Assembly: GCA_951406725.2 (NCBI GenBank)
Contig: OX597827.1
Coordinates: forward strand, 76,694,001-76,758,000
From: Octopus vulgaris
Taxonomy: Eukaryota
Direction: 5' to 3'
Length of the DNA: 64,000 nucleotides
Shown: positions 35,486-49,513 of the stretch, piece by piece
How the letters are laid out: every line of letters starts with the position of its first letter
How positions within the stretch are numbered: the stretch's first letter is position 1
Made by a program: the position numbers and the translations under genes
The notes under the pieces: generated by a model
Seen by the model: the letters and a program-made list of their open reading frames with translations, nothing else
The model's database searches: none
What the model was told of the DNA's origin: nothing

Positions 35486-36897
35486 CTAGCAGTATCGCCC
35501 GGCGTTGCTCGGGTTTGTAAGGGAAATAACTATATAAGCATTTTTAGAGAGTTATAGCCAAAAAATAGCAAAAAAATGCATTAAAAATGGAAAAAAAAAT
35601 ATGGTAAATTTTTTTTAAATCGTTGACTCATCGTAGGCATTTTTAGAGAGTTACTTCCCTTATTTAATAGCGAAAAATGCATTAAAATGGAAAAAAATGA
35701 TGGTAAATTTTTTTTTTAATCGTAGACTCATCGTAGACACGCGCTAATACCCAGAAGGGCTCGATATGAATCACGACTATAAGATACCCGGTTTTGGTTA
35801 AACTGCACCGCAAAATGTGGGAGTAGTTAGGAATCTAAATCGTAGGAGACAGACACACAACTTGACTTTTATATATAAAGACTAACAGTATCGCCCGGCG
35901 TTGCTCGGGTTTGTAAGGGAAATAACTATACAAGCATTTTTAGAGAGTTACTTCCTTTATAGATGCCAATTCGGGCTTTCTTAGCCATTCCTGTTTTGGT
36001 GTCTTCAAGCCATGAAGTCGTTGTTCTAAAAGAACGCTGGTCTCCTTGACAACGCTTTACGACGTTGATTTCCTTACACTCCCTTCTCCACAGCTTCACG
36101 AGGGAGGGAAGAAGGGGGAGAAGCAACACAGGTGCAGGTGTGACCATGGACGCCATCGACACACGAAAAATTATGCATTAAGATGGAATAAAAAATTATG
36201 TTAAATTATTTTAAAAATCGTAGACTCATCGTTGACGCGCGCTAATAGCCAGACAGGCTCGATATGAATCACGACTATAAGATACCCGAATTTGGTTAAA
36301 CTGCACCGCAAAATGTGGGAGTAGTTAGGAATCTAAATCGAAGGGGACAGACACTCACACAACTACAGTTTTATATATATAGAAGACTAGCAGTATCGCC
36401 CGGCGTTGCTCGGGTTTGTAAGGGAAATAACTATATAAGCATTTTTAGAGAGTTACTTCCCTTATAGATGCCAATTCGGGCTTTCTTAGCCATTTCTGTT
36501 TTGGTGTCTTCAAGCCATGAAGTCGTTGTTCTAAAAGAACGCTGGTCTCCTTGACAACGCATTACGACGTTGATTTCTTTACACTCCCTTCCCCACAGCT
36601 TCACGAGGGAGGGAAGGGGGAGAAGCAAACAGGTGCAGCTGTGAGCGTGGACGCCAACTCCGCCGCCATTGACACACGAAAGATTATGCATTAAAATGGA
36701 ATAAAAAATGATGTTAAATTATTTTTTAAAATCGTAGACTCATCGTTGACGCGCGCTAATAGCCAGACGGGCTCGATATGAATCACGACTATAAGATACG
36801 CGAATTTGGTTAAACTGCACCGCAAAATGTGGGAGGAGTTAGGAATCTAAATCGAAGGGGACAGACACTCACACAACTAGAGTTTTATATATATAGA
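35486..36897 (-). mobile_element. Head-to-tail array of three non-autonomous Helitrons (35486-35881 short; 35882-36386 and 36387-36897 long)
   Basis: On the minus strand each runs 5' TC...hairpin cccgagcaacgccggg...CTAG 3' (middle copy TTAG). The array sits between A and T with no TSD. Confidence 0.85.
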
Positions 36898-37169
36898 TAT
36901 GTGTACAAATATGCAAGTGAGTCCGCGCGGTATCTTTGCCAATTGGAAGTGTGGTCTTCATTTCTGAGCAGGCATTTGCACAAAAAGTACGAGATGTACT
37001 TTTATACGAGGGGAAAATGTTGGAAAATGAACATGGCAAGACCTTTCTATTGGAAAGGTGGAATGAACTATAATAATTAGTATTTTGCTTTCATCCCATT
37101 TCGTGCCGTTAATAAAAGCTTTTGGGGGATGAAGTAAAAATGGTGAATGCATACTGTTGTCACGTATTA

Positions 37170-37238
<69 letters not shown>

Positions 37239-37834
37239 TCTCTCTCTCACACACGCACTCTGTCTCTCACACACACATACACTCTCCCTCACACACACAC
37301 ACACATACACTCTCTCATGCACATGCACACGCACATACACACGCTCTCTAACACACATACACACAAACACTCTCTCTCACTCTATCTCTCTCTCTCCCTC
37401 TCTCCCTCTCTCTTCCTCTCCCTCTCTCTTCCTCTCCCTTCCCTCTCCTCTCCCTTCCCTCTCCTCTCTCACTCTGTCTCTCTCTCTCTCTGAGCATAAG
37501 TACCGGAACGAAATTTGCATAACCAGTTCCAACTCAGGATGTTTAAAGTATTTTCATTGACCCCCACCAAAAAACTTTAGGGGTGCGCTTCTATCTCCTA
37601 CCCCACCCCCATTCCCGAGCCTACGTGTGCGAGTGTTTTGTGTGTGTACATATATATGTACATGTGTGTGTATGTGTGTGTATGTGTCTATGTGTGCATG
37701 CGTGTGTGAGTGTGTGTGTGTACATATATATATATGCATATGTGTGTGTGCGCGTATGTGTGTATGCGTGTGTATGTGTGTGTATGTGTGCATGCATGTG
37801 TAAGTGTGTATGTATAAGTGTGTATGTGTAAGTG

Positions 37835-37919
<85 letters not shown>

Positions 37920-38806
37920 GTGTGTGTGTGTAAAAGATATAAAAAAAATCGTAATATGTACACTTGAGTGAAAAGAAATACGAGGAAAAACTTGTTAGGC
38001 AGGAGACGAAGGAAAATACGTTTAAAACAGTTAAAAAGTTGAGGTGATTAATTACAATTTACAATAAAAATAAAACTCAAAACTATTCCATTGCTGTAAA
38101 AATTAACGGAATATAAAAACCGTCCAAGACATTGTCTGTCCGCAGGAACAAGGAACGAAAGCCATAATTCTAATACAGGTTTGGTATTTCTGTTTTTTTT
38201 CTTCATTTTTTTTTTCCTTGTGTTCTGTACAGAAATGGAGATTTCACATTTGTCATTCTGTTTTTCTGTCGTTGGAGTCGTCTCACATAAAGAGACGGCG
38301 GTGAATCAATAGCTATGACGATATTGATTTGGTCAACGTTCTGCATGACTGATGATTGTTGCATCATACTTGCTTTCTGTTATCTCTGGCTGAAGTAGAA
38401 TGGGAACGAAAGCGAAAATTGACTTCAAACTGAATAAAAAAAAAGAGAAAAAATGAAGGAAAAATAAAGGCAAAATAGCGAGCTGAGCCGACGCAGAAAA
38501 AGAAAACAGATTTCAGCCAACAGCAGACGACACCGTCACCTTGAAAAAAAAATCACAAAACCTTCCATATTTGGCGTTACTATAATTTATGACACTAGCT
38601 GGTGTTACTGTAGTTTGTGACATAATACTGTTACTGTTGCTGGAATTACAGTAGTTTGTTACTTCGCTTCACTTTGTAACACACTACTTGATGTTACTGT
38701 AGTTTGTGTTACTGTAATTTGTGATACAGTAGTTGGTGTGGCATATCTACACAAATGTGCTCCGCCGACTTTGTTTATCCATAATTTAATGAAATTATCC
38801 ATTAAC

Positions 38807-39233
38807 GCCTATTTCTTTACTACCCACAAGGGGCTAAACACAGAGAGGACAAACAAGGACAGACAAACGGATTAAGTCGATTATATCGACCTCAGTGCGT
38901 AACTGGTACTTATTTAATCGACCCCGAAAAGATGAAAGGCAAAATCGACTTCGGCGGAATTTGAACTCAGAACGTAGCGACGGACGAAATACATATTTCT
39001 ATTTCTTTACTACCCACAAGGGGCTAAACACAGAGAAGACAAACAAGGACAGACAAACGGATTAAGTCGATTACACCGACCCCAGTGCGTAACTGGCACT
39101 TATTTAATCGACCCCGAAAGGATGAAAGGCAAAATCGACCTCGGCAGAATTTGAACTCAGAACGTAGCGGCAGACGAAATACGGCTTCGCATTTCGCCCG
39201 GCGTGCTAACGATTCTGCCAGCTCGCCGCCTTA
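38807..39233 (-). mobile_element. SINE family A dimer
   Basis: Two family A bodies; head ends gccagctcgccgcctta. Confidence 0.9.
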
Positions 39234-40417
39234 TTATCTCTTAATACCTTTCAAAAGGTTCAGATGATGATTATATCGGAATTTTACATAAAAAATAATG
39301 ATGGCTGCGCGCGCATACATACTGACACACGTCACAGAATTGTTTCAGAATTTCAAGTTTCGCTTTTTTAGATATATATGTGAGGTACGCCAGTGTGTAG
39401 TGTGCACACACCATTCTTCTTCTTTCTCTTTTACATTTTAATCTACACATTAAATTCGATTATGATCGTAATCCACGCCTCCTGAAAGATATTTGTTGAA
39501 AATCCAATAAGAAAATATCCCTTTTTCTGAAACAAACTCGGTGGGGCACAGTTGTGTAGGTATGCTGTTGGTGCTACTGTTATTAGTGATACTGTTATTA
39601 GTATTATTGCAGTTGATACGACAATGTGGGAGAATGGCAATGAATTTGTAAACAACGTGTGGCCCGATTACGTAAACCATATGGAAGGAAGCACGTACAA
39701 AACAGTTCCATTTTAAGAAATATTTCGCTTTGAAAAGACAAGATTATCGGTAGTAATCTTCATTGAAATTTTGATAAAAAAAAATTCAAACTTCTGAAAT
39801 AATTTTTTTCGTTTTTTTTTTTTAGGTTATTTTTGTTCAGAACAGTTGTTTTAAAATTATTTTAAAATTTGGATTTCCCCTAAACCCATCTCCAGTAAAA
39901 ACAAAAGTGCGCGGAGATGGAATTTAAAATTTAAAAAGCTGCTTTTTCCTCCCTCAGGCAAATTTATAATCTCCGTTGTTGAAAACATAGAAATCCGATA
40001 AAAAATTTTTTTTAAATGTTTTCTTAAAATAGTATGATGTTTCTTTTCGACACGTCTAACTGAAAATTTCTGAATAGTACCGAAATTTCTACTTTCATTT
40101 TGCGATCCTAAACCGAAAGAAAAACCAATTAGAAAAATGTCTGTTTCTTCGAAAGTTTTCGAGGTCACCCGTTGTAAACTGGTTTGGAGCTGCTCAAACA
40201 GGAATATGGCTGCTTTTGATGAAACAGCGACGATGATTGGTGGAGGGCGGGGACCACCAACTGCAGGGGGTGTAATATGAAGCAAAATCCTCAATCTTTG
40301 TTTTTGCTTCGTTTCCATGCATTTATTTCTATCTGGCATCGCCATGGCTTTCGGAATTATGTCCACTCTGTCTCATTAGACACCGAATGAATTGTATTAC
40401 TCTAATATATATGTACA

Positions 40418-40448
<31 letters not shown>

Positions 40449-40481
40449 GGATAGATAGATAGATAGATAGATAGATTGATT

Positions 40482-40530
<49 letters not shown>

Positions 40531-40536
40531 GATAGG

Positions 40537-40674
<138 letters not shown>

Positions 40675-40718
40675 TATAGATAGATAGATAGATAGATAGA
40701 TAGATGGATGGATGGATG

Positions 40719-40780
<62 letters not shown>

Positions 40781-41084
40781 CAGTCATACACACACATTAT
40801 TGCAGTACTTTTCAGAGGTCATCAATATGAACTCTGAAGAGAATTGCAGTAACACGTGGAAGCAGTCGGTGATCTGGAAGGTCAATATCATTAATAATCA
40901 ATGTATGCTCTACGTTGAAAATTGGGGGAAGAGAGAGAGAAAGCAAAAGAAAGATATAGAAGGAAAGAAAGAAAGAAAGGAAGGAAGGAAGGAAGAAAGA
41001 AAGGGGAAGAAAAAAGAAGAGAGAAGGAGAGAGAGAAAATAAGAGAGAGAGAGAGTAATATGCAAGACCGTTCATTTAAGCTGC

Positions 41085-41120
41085 TCGTAGTTTCGGGCTA
41101 TAATTGCACTTCATCAGGCC
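41085..41120 (-). ncRNA. Degenerate hammerhead-like motif
   Basis: Minus strand: gc-CTGATGA-a-gtgc-aattata-gccc-GAAA-ctacg. Canonical core, one stem II mismatch, cleavage site unclear. Confidence 0.4.
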
Positions 41121-41544
41121 ATGTCTTCCAGTCGTGTTTGGAAATGAACAGCCCGAAATTTGTGTTACTTTAATTCTGTCTCCAATTCTCGACATATTTT
41201 GATCGTGCCATGAATTTACAGGTACAGGCGAGGTTGTGTGGTAAGGAGTTTGCTCCCCGACCACACGGTTCCGGGTTCAGTCCCATTGCGTGGTACCTTG
41301 GCCCAGTGTTTTCTACTAAAGCTATTTATATCAAACACAAACCGCGATTTTGCTGAAATAGCCAGCCTAATTTGCATAACCGTGTCTTCGTTAGCAAAAG
41401 GGGTTAATTGTTTAATTAATTAAGCAAAATATGATAGAGGACTATCATTTGAAATTTGATGTAGGTATATCTATAATTTAGAAACGATAAACTTCGCCGT
41501 GAAATTTTAAAAAATGTTTCTTTCTCCCTCTACATAATGCTGTG

Positions 41545-41865
41545 AAGGTGCGTGGCTCGTGGCGAGGCCATTCTGCTCGCGATTTTAAGGTTGCAAGTTC
41601 GATTCCTAGTGGTAAGTTGTGCCCTTCAGCAAGACACTTTACTTCACTGTGCTGCTGTCCATTCAGCTGGTGAAAATCAGTTGTACCTGTGATTTAAAGG
41701 GGCCAGCCTTGTCACATTCTGTGTCACACTGAATCTCCCTGAAAACTATGTTAAGGGTTCATGTGTCTGTGGAGTGCTCAGCCACTTGCGCATTAATTTC
41801 ATGAGCAGGCTGTTCCGTTGATTGGATCAGCTGGGACCCTCGTCGTCGTAACCGACGGAGGGCCA
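41545..41865 (+). mobile_element. SINE family C, diverged
   Basis: Shares gccttgtcacattctgtgtcac...gttaagggt...cgtcgtaaccgacggag with 47233-47620. Confidence 0.8.
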
Positions 41866-42257
41866 GTTAACAAGAGAGAGAGGTATATATGTGCATGTGT
41901 GTGTATGGATGTATGTGCATGTATGTATATGTGTGTGTACGTATATACGTATATGTGTGTGAATGTATGTATATGTGTGTGTATGTATGTATGTATGTAT
42001 GTATGTATGTATGTATGTATGTATGTATTATGTATTTACGTATATGTGTGTGAATGTATGTTAGTGTATGTATGTATGTATGTATGTATATGTGTGTATG
42101 TATGTACGTATATGTGTGTATGTATGTATGTGTATATGTATGTATTATGCATGCATGTGTATGTATATATGTATGTGCATGCATACATATATGTATGCAT
42201 GTATGTACGTATGTATGTATGTATGCATGACTGTATGTGTGTGTGTGTATATGTATG

Positions 42258-42351
<94 letters not shown>

Positions 42352-42851
42352 CACCACTGACTTCACCTTCATACACGTGTGTACACGTCTCTCGTGTAGG
42401 TGAGTGAGGGGGTAGAAAGCAGGTGGGTTGTGTTCCTCCAATGAAATTTTAACTACTAAAGTCCAAAAGGAAACATAATTATCAATACCTAATCAGCTAA
42501 TCGATAAACAATTCCGCTATTTCTACAACCAAATGGGAAAGAGACAACTATAAGTCACCGACTCATACATAGACAAACAGACAGACATTCCACTCATCGG
42601 TTCTACCTCTCCATAGAAGGGGAAACTTCTTAGTAATCGCTCGGCCTGGCTAGATATAGTAATCTTGTTGAAATCACCTTTTATTCCGTTCTTAACCCTC
42701 TGCCTGTCTTGTGGATCACGCGTGGTACACAGGACGTATTCCCCTGATGTCCACGCATCATATCTGTTGAACATTTCCAGTTTTTTTTTGTCCAGCCACC
42801 AAAGTAACTTGGGAATTATGTAAGGAAAGCTTTGTGGTATTCAGGGCGTGT

Positions 42852-43088
42852 TAAGGCGGCGAGCTGGCAGAACCGTTAGCACGCCGGACGAAATGCGTAG
42901 CCGTATTTCGTCTGGCGTTACATTCTGAGTTTAAATTCCGCCGAGGTCGACATTGCCTTTTATCCTTTCGGGGTCGATTAAATAAGTACCAGTTACGCAC
43001 TGGGGTCGATGTAATCGACTTCATCCGTTTGTCTGTCCTTGTTTGTCCCCTCTGTGTTTAGCCCCTTGTGGGTAGTAAAAGAAATAGA
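42852..43088 (+). mobile_element. SINE family A monomer with 14-bp TSD
   Basis: TSD tattcagggcgtgt at 42838-42851 and 43089-43102. Confidence 0.95.
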
Positions 43089-43249
43089 TATTCAGGGCGT
43101 GTGAAACAATAGCTAGCTAAGAGTCTGAAAATGGGCACGAATGTTTTGGACAAATTTATCAAAATGTTTTGGACGGGCAAAGAGCTATTATCTTTCGGAT
43201 TAATCACAAATGATTACAACGGATATAACTAAAAACCCGCCTCATGGCT

Positions 43250-43830
43250 CCGGCGGACAAAATGAAAAAGGTGTCGTTCCGGAGGACGGCGTGGGAAACG
43301 CGCTGGAATTAGTCACTCTGCGTCACGGGGCTCACACTTACCGATAGCCATCTCTGCTCCTAGGACAGTGAGCAGAGATGTTATCCGGGGGTCTAAAACG
43401 CCGGAGGTCTCTACTGACACGGGTTTGACCATAAATCTTGTCAGAGAACGGCCGATACTTTGAAGTTTTGCTCTTTTCGGCATGCCGAGTAGCGAAGCCT
43501 TGACTTGGCAATCGAACACACCGGATTGCCGTTGGACATGTGACATCCCAGATGAGGGGCCTACCACTGCAGGACGGGGAAACCGTCATGCCATCTGGCT
43601 TTTTTACCGTCCTCTTTGTCCAACTCCATTGCTTCGAATTGGGAAAGGAAGCCTGCGGCGTCTAGGCCATGCTTTACGATCTCGTTGAGAGCAGCGAGGA
43701 GTGGAAGGCAGCCAGCATTATAATGGCAAGACAATGGATCGAGGCCGAAAGAATTCACAAATCCACAGTGGATCCGCATCTGCATCTGCGAGGCCAAAAA
43801 GACTCGACGAAACACTTTGATTAATGTTTC
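43250..43830 (-). mobile_element. CRE-like non-LTR element C-terminal (RLE) fragment
   Basis: LDPLSC...AALNEIVKHGLDAAGFLSQFE..LDKEDGK, then DGMTVSP.SGRPLIWDVTCP...AEKSKTSKY, then PVSVETSGV, in shifting frames. Confidence 0.7.
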
Positions 43831-44080
43831 AAACTTCCAAACTCACTTCAACTTTAGTTAATCTAGAATGGATTGTCTCCCCTTTGATAACTGACCACCA
43901 GGTGTGCACCACGTCTTTGTTGAACTTCCTCTCACAAACACACAGAAATTTAATCACAAACAGTCGTAGTTAAAGCTCGAGTCAGATTTGATTGAGCAAA
44001 CCTTTAATCAACAACGATCAATCTATGACCATAAACACCGTTTTTACGGCATGGTGTACCTGAGACTACATTATCCAATA

Positions 44081-44388
44081 CTAGCAGTATCGCCCGGCGT
44101 TGCTCGGGTTTGTAAGGGAAATAACTATATAAGCATTTTTAGAGAGTTACTTCCCTTATATAAACCGAGCAAAAAATGCATTAAAAATGCGGAAAAATGA
44201 TGGTAATTTTTTTTTAAATCGTAGACTCATCGTAGACGTGCGCTAATACCCAGAAGGGCTCGATATGAATCACGACTATAAGATACCTGCTTTTGGTTAA
44301 ACTGCACCACCAAATGTGGGAGTAGTTAGGAATCTAAATCGGAGTAGACAGACACTCACACACACAACTTCAGTTTTATATATAAAGA
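44081..44388 (-). mobile_element. Single non-autonomous Helitron (shortest variant)
   Basis: A|TC...hairpin...CTAG|T on the minus strand; it interrupts another interspersed repeat (43985-44480). Confidence 0.85.
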
Positions 44389-45352
44389 TGTACCACCATT
44401 TTAAAGGCGGTAAGGAGTGACATTTGGCTGTTATTTCTAGAATGCAGGTCGAGAGACCGAGGAACGGTACCTTCACTAGCTCAAATACAGTTAAATCTGT
44501 AAAGTAGAAAATATGTTAACGTCGTTGACATAAATTAGGAACAGATAGGAATTAAACCACTGAATAAATTATTCCTTATAAGGAAGAAAATAAAAAATAA
44601 AATTATGAGATCGGAAACAATATTCTTGTAGCTGTTATTGTCCATAAATATGTCTTCTGGTTTAATTTTAATTTGCTTTAGCCATTGGACTGCGGCCAAT
44701 CTGGGACACCGCCTTGAGGGGTTTAGTCGAACAGGTCGATCCCAGGACTATATTTTTAAAGGTCTGGTATTTATGCTATCGGTCTCTTTTTCCCAAACCG
44801 CTAAGTTACGGGGACAAAAACACACTAACACCGGTTGTTAAACGGTGGGGTGACAACAAACACACACACATAGCTAAACACACACACACACTCTCACACA
44901 CACGCACTCACACACACACACTCACACACACTCACACACATACCCAAACACACACACACACACTCCCTCACACACACACATACTCACACACACACTCACA
45001 CACATACCCAAACACACACACACACACTCACACACACTCCCTCACACACACACACACTCACACACTCACACACACACACGCACACCCACACACACACACA
45101 CACACACACACTTATATCTTTACCCAATCACTTAATCAATGATTTTTCACCTTTCTTTTGATCAGATTTCCTGTTCGTAAAATCAAACAAGATGGCCGAT
45201 GTAACGATAGATATTTCCACTCAAGGCCTTTTGTTTCATAGTTTTGTCCAGCAGTGAAAATATTTTGTGGAAGATGTAGCCTTGAATCTATGGCATCGTT
45301 GGTGATTTTTAATACTTGTGGATCACCTCCAAAATCTGGACACCCTTAAGAC

Positions 45353-46364
45353 CAAGGGTTCCCAACTGGGGTCCAGATAACCTTTGCGGGTCTACGTAGG
45401 ATTTTGCTGCTAAAATTTATGCGTAATAAATTGGTTATATTGCTACAATGTGAAGGCCAATGGCTCAGTTGGTTAGAGCGTCGGGCTCGCAATCATGAGG
45501 TAGTGAGTTCGATTCTCGGGCTGTGTGTTGTGTTCTTAAGCAAGACATTTTATTTCACATTGCTCCGGTTCACTCATTGTAGAAATGAGTTGCGATGTCA
45601 CAGGTGCCAAGCTGTATCAGCCTTTGCCTTTCCCTTGGATAACATCAGTGGCGTGGAGAGGAGTGGCTGGTATGCATGGGTGATTGTTGGCCTTCCATAA
45701 ACAACAACCTCGGACTTGTGCCTCGGAGGGAAACTTTCTAGGTGCAATCCCATGGTCATTCATGACCGAAGGGGCTAGGGTTACTTTTTTTCTTTATTTC
45801 TATAATACACAAAATATTGTAACAATTTTTATACAAAACCTAATAATAACAGACTGAACAAATTTGAAGAGAATTCAATCAATGCGTTTGAAATGTGAGT
45901 TTACAGGGAAATGCTAAGAGTCCCTTACAAGAACCACCGGACAAATGAATGGGTGTTGCAACAAGTGAAAGGTAACTCCTAAACAAAATCTCGTCTATTT
46001 CGGCCATATTCGATGAAGCAGAGGTCTGGGGAACATTATCATGGAAGGAAGAGTAGAGGGTAGTAGATGAAGATGCAGGCAAAGAATGCAATGGATGGAG
46101 AATATCAAGAGCTTGTTGGACAAAAAGGGCAAAAGCAGCCGGAGAACTTGCGCTTGACTGGAAATACTTTCGCTGTAGTGTCATCAATGCGGTCCAGGAG
46201 TTCGATATATGAAGAGGGCGGCGGTGGCGGCAGCGACGACGACTAACATTTAATTATAGAAATACGATAGGATTTTTAAAACCATCGAATGGCTGTGAGG
46301 GTTCACCTGAGTAAAATAGGAATCAAAGGAGTCGATAGAGATAAAAAATGGTTGAGAACCACTC
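45353..46364 (+). mobile_element. hAT-type MITE hosting SINE D (45453-45780) and an RTE 3' fragment (~45850-46210)
   Basis: TIRs caagggttcccaac / ggttgagaaccact; the RTE piece translates YFGHIR*SRGLGNIIMEGRVEGSR*RCRQRMQWMENIK. Confidence 0.75.
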
Positions 46365-47232
46365 GTTTAGACCTTCATTGCTTCGAAGTAATCTAACTAT
46401 TTCTTCCCTGCTCTAGGCACAAGGCCCGAAATTAGTTCAGTCCACAGGGATTGGATTAATCACCGAAAAATCATTAGAAAACGTGTCGCGTATTCATGAA
46501 TTTAATCGACATAAACAGAACATAATATACTTACCTGTGTCACGTGGTATATTTATGTATTAAATATCACAATTAGAAAACACACGAAAACAAATAAGTT
46601 CAGAGGAGTTTTTATATTGATGAATAACACCATCTTTCTGGCTTGAACTATTTTAGCCAAGTGGTAGTGGGAAATATCGATCTTTTGTTAAAATTTGCAG
46701 AGCCTGTACCTGGATGTTATGATTTTCTGAAAGTCTAAGCTTACACTTACTGGAACCGTTAACGTAGCGTGTTGCGTAATGGACAAACCTATTTTATAAT
46801 TGTTAATAATATCATCTGTGATAACTGCATTAAGTACAGATTTATATCTTAAAATCGCTCTTGTCTATTGACTATTTGTCATTTTAAAGTTGTATCACTG
46901 ATTAAATTTGAGCTATGAGTTGTTAATGTTATCCTAATGAATATCAAACTCTCAGGTAAGTCTCACGGTTACATACGGGGATCCTGGAAGAGAAAGCGAC
47001 TCGCAGGTAACCATGAAGGAAGGTGTTACCTGTAAGCAAGCAAAGAGCTGTCTACAAAACTATTCGAGGCAAATCCTCTTGGTTTGAAACCGAGTTAATT
47101 TACCTTAATAAATGCCTTTAAAGTTTTTTTCTGAAAGTCTTACATAACATCATCCTTTTTTGATCTAAAATATAAAGGGACAGTGAAGTGTTGAGGTGGA
47201 TTCTTGTGTGTCGAGATGTATACAAATGTAGT

Positions 47233-47620
47233 AGTGGAGGCGCAATGGCCCAGTGGTTAGGGCAGCGGACTCGCGGTCGTAGGATCGCGGTTTCGATTCC
47301 CAGACCGGGCGTTGTGAGTGTTTATTGAGCGAAAACACCTAAAGCTCCACGAGGCTCCGGCAGGGGATGGTGGTGATCCCTGCTGTACTCTTTCACCACA
47401 ACTTTCTCTCACTCTTACTTCCTGTTTCTGTTGTACCTGTATTTCAAAGGGCCGGCCTTGTCACTCTCTGTGTCACGCTGAATATCCCCGAGAACTACGT
47501 TAAGGGTACACGTGTCTGTGGAGTGCTCAGCCACTTACACGTTAATTTCACGAGCAGGCTGTTCCGTTGATCGGATCAACCGGAACCCTCATCGTCGTAA
47601 CCGACGGAGTGCTTCCATCC
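47233..47620 (+). mobile_element. tRNA-derived SINE family C, full length, 13-bp TSD
   Basis: A box tggcccagtggttagg, B box ggtttcgattcc; TSD atacaaatgtagt at 47220-47232 and 47621-47633; central part resembles the Deu/Nin SINE domain. Confidence 0.9.
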
Positions 47621-47846
47621 ATACAAATGTAGTGAGAATCTTTATTTAAAAATATTTTCAGTTAATCTTTGTACAACTTTTCGTGTCGTTGTTATCAAAT
47701 AGTTCCTTTCGGATCCGATACATTGTATGAAACTGGAATATGGTCATATAAGGGAAACGAAAATAATAAGCAACAGACCATTCCGTATTTTATAAACACC
47801 TATACTTCATTAAGAACAGTTACCTTCAATACTTCAAAGTGTTTAA

Positions 47847-48750
47847 TCTTCTATATATATAAAACTCTAGTTGTGTGAGTGTCTGTCCCCTTCGATTTAG
47901 ATTCCTAACTTCTCCCACATTTTGCGGTGCAGTTTAACCAAATTCGGGTATCTTATAGTCGTGATTCATATCGAACCCGTCTGGCTATTAGCGCGCATCA
48001 ACGATGAGTCTACGATTTTAAAAATAATTTAACATCATTTTTTATTCCATTTTAATGTATTATCTTTCGTGTGTCAATGGCGGCGGAGTTGGCGTCCACG
48101 CTCACAGCTGCACCTGTTTGCTTCTCCCCCTTCCCTCCCTCGTGAAGCTGTGGGGAAGGGAGTGTAAAGAAATCAACGTCGTAATGCGTTGTCAAGGAGA
48201 CCAGCGTTCTTTTAGAACAACGACTTCATGGCTTGAAGGCACCAAAACAGAAATGTCTAAGAAAGCCCGAATTAGCATCTATAAGGGAAGTAACTCTCTA
48301 AAAATGCTTATATAGTTATTTCCCTTACAAACCCGAGCAACGCCGGGCGATACTGCTAGTTATATATAAAAGAAAGGTTGTGCGTCTGTCTACTCCAATT
48401 TAGATTCCTAACTACTCCCACATTTTGCGGTGCAGTTTAACCAAAACCGGGTATCTTATAGTCGTGATTCATATCAAGCCCTTTTGGGTATTAGCGCGCG
48501 TCTACGATGAGTGTACGATTTTTAAAATAATTTACCATCATTTTTTTCCATTTTAATGCATATTTTTTTAATATAAGGGAAGTAACTCTCTAAAAATGTC
48601 TACGATGAGTCAACGATTTAAAAAAAAATTTACCATAATTTTTTTTTCCATTTTTAATGCATTTTTTGCTATTTTTTGGCTATAACTCTCTAAAAATGCT
48701 TTATAGTTATTTCCCTTACAAACCCGAGCAACGCCGGGCGATACTACTAG
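47847..48750 (+). mobile_element. Helitron tandem pair (47847-48359 long; 48360-48750 short)
   Basis: A|TC start, hairpin cccgagcaacgccggg plus CTAG at the end of each unit, followed by T. Inverted relative to the 35486 array. Confidence 0.85.
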
Positions 48751-48759
48751 TACATAATA

Positions 48760-48900
48760 ATTTTCGTCCGTCGTTGTCCACGATGACCAAGGACATCTCA
48801 TGGGAAAAGAAGATGGGTCACGGTGCACTCGGAGGATTCTGATGCAGATCGGACACTGATGGTCAGCTGAGAACGAAGGCAAGGAATTAGCCCCGGATTT
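48760..48900 (-). mobile_element. Probable RTE LINE 3' end
   Basis: HQCPIC..ILRVH zinc-finger remnant followed by a gacaacgacggacg terminus. Confidence 0.5.
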
Positions 48901-49195
48901 GAGCAGCTCCCGTTTTCTTTCTGCTCTGGTGATCCTATTCTATGGTTTCTCCTATAAGTATATAAGAATGTATCGTATCCTATTTACGAAAATTAAAGAG
49001 ACGAAATGCTTAAAGTTTTTTTTATTTGGAGGAAGGGGTCTACAACCAATCAAACCTCGATCACTAATCGGATATAGGGATAGGATTATCCTGTTTCTAT
49101 ATCGTTAGCGAATATTTTCCCTTCTATACAGTCTCACAGCTTACTTTAAGCTTATGAATAATCAACGAGAATAATCAGAGTAACGATTCAAGTTT

Positions 49196-49196
<1 letters not shown>

Positions 49197-49230
<34 letters not shown>

Positions 49231-49475
49231 GCTGCTGCTACTGCTGCTACTACTGCTGCTACTACCATTAATATTGCTACTACTCCTATAGGCAGTGGGC
49301 TGACAGCATCGTGAGCATGCCGAACAAAATGTTTGGCAGCATTTCATCCGGTTTTGCGTTTGGAGTTCAAATGTCGCCGAGGTCAGCACTACTATTATTA
49401 TTACTACTGCTACTGTTACTACTACTACTACTACTACTGCTGCTGCTACTGCTACTGCTGCTACTGCTGCTGCTG

Positions 49476-49513
<38 letters not shown>

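Noticed and set aside
35926-36691. Repeated 78-86-aa ORFs (also 48055-48315) as a small gene family
   Set aside because: They lie inside non-autonomous Helitron copies; similarity reflects the repeat.
39857-40366. 169-aa ORF as a real gene
   Set aside because: No recognisable domain; AT-rich sequence with homopolymer runs.
46520-47040. Exons suggested by cag|gtaagt donors on both strands
   Set aside because: No coherent open frame or acceptor pairing could be identified.
47236-47310. tRNA gene (also the heads at 2880 and 45453)
   Set aside because: These are tRNA-like SINE heads that continue into SINE bodies; the 47233 copy is flanked by a TSD.
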